Part shown: one piece after another, positions 63,826-64,000 of the stretch
How the letters are laid out: every line of letters starts with the position of its first letter
Position numbering within the stretch: position 1 is the stretch's first letter
DNA from: Octopus sinensis
Lineage: Eukaryota
Assembly: GCF_006345805.1 (NCBI RefSeq)
Contig: NW_021832384.1
Location: 131,238-195,237, forward strand
Direction of reading: 5' to 3'
DNA length: 64,000 nt
Notes under the pieces: generated by a model
The model's input: only the letters and a program-made list of their open reading frames with translations
Databases searched by the model: none
Told to the model about the DNA's origin: nothing
Program-made: the position numbers and the translations under genes

Positions 63826-64000
63826 GCCTTGAGCCTATTATAGAAAATATATTTTGTTCTATCTGCCTATAAGAATCTCCGTGTTTCTCCCTTACCCTGT
63901 CTCTCTCCTTGTCTTTTTCACGCCCTCAGACTACCATCTTTATTTCATTCTCTCTTATCACTATTTATATCTCTTTTCCTTTGGTTCTCTAATCGACCAC

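Overview
Eukaryotic, AT- and microsatellite-rich DNA. The SINE/LINE repertoire looks octopus-like, but that taxon call is inference from repeat-family recognition. The left 40 kb holds the last 15 coding exons of a + strand WDHD1 (AND-1/Ctf4) gene: SepB region, acidic linker, HMG-box-like C-terminus, stop at 40070-40072. Splice phases join cleanly everywhere except for a -1 frame discontinuity inside the exon at 24148-24484. Introns and the intergenic right half are packed with tRNA-derived SINEs (at least 4 families), RTE and CR1 LINE fragments, decayed Tc1/mariner elements, piggyBac-like and foldback MITEs, Helentron-like elements and microsatellites. The most striking unexplained structure is a set of non-coding foldback/palindromic elements whose arms carry minimal type I hammerhead-ribozyme folds (CUGANGA...GAAA, short stem III), pointing outward from the centre and followed by AATAAA-containing modules. 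This resembles Penelope-like pseudo-LTRs. Coordinates were read by eye; repeat boundaries may be off by a few to tens of bases.
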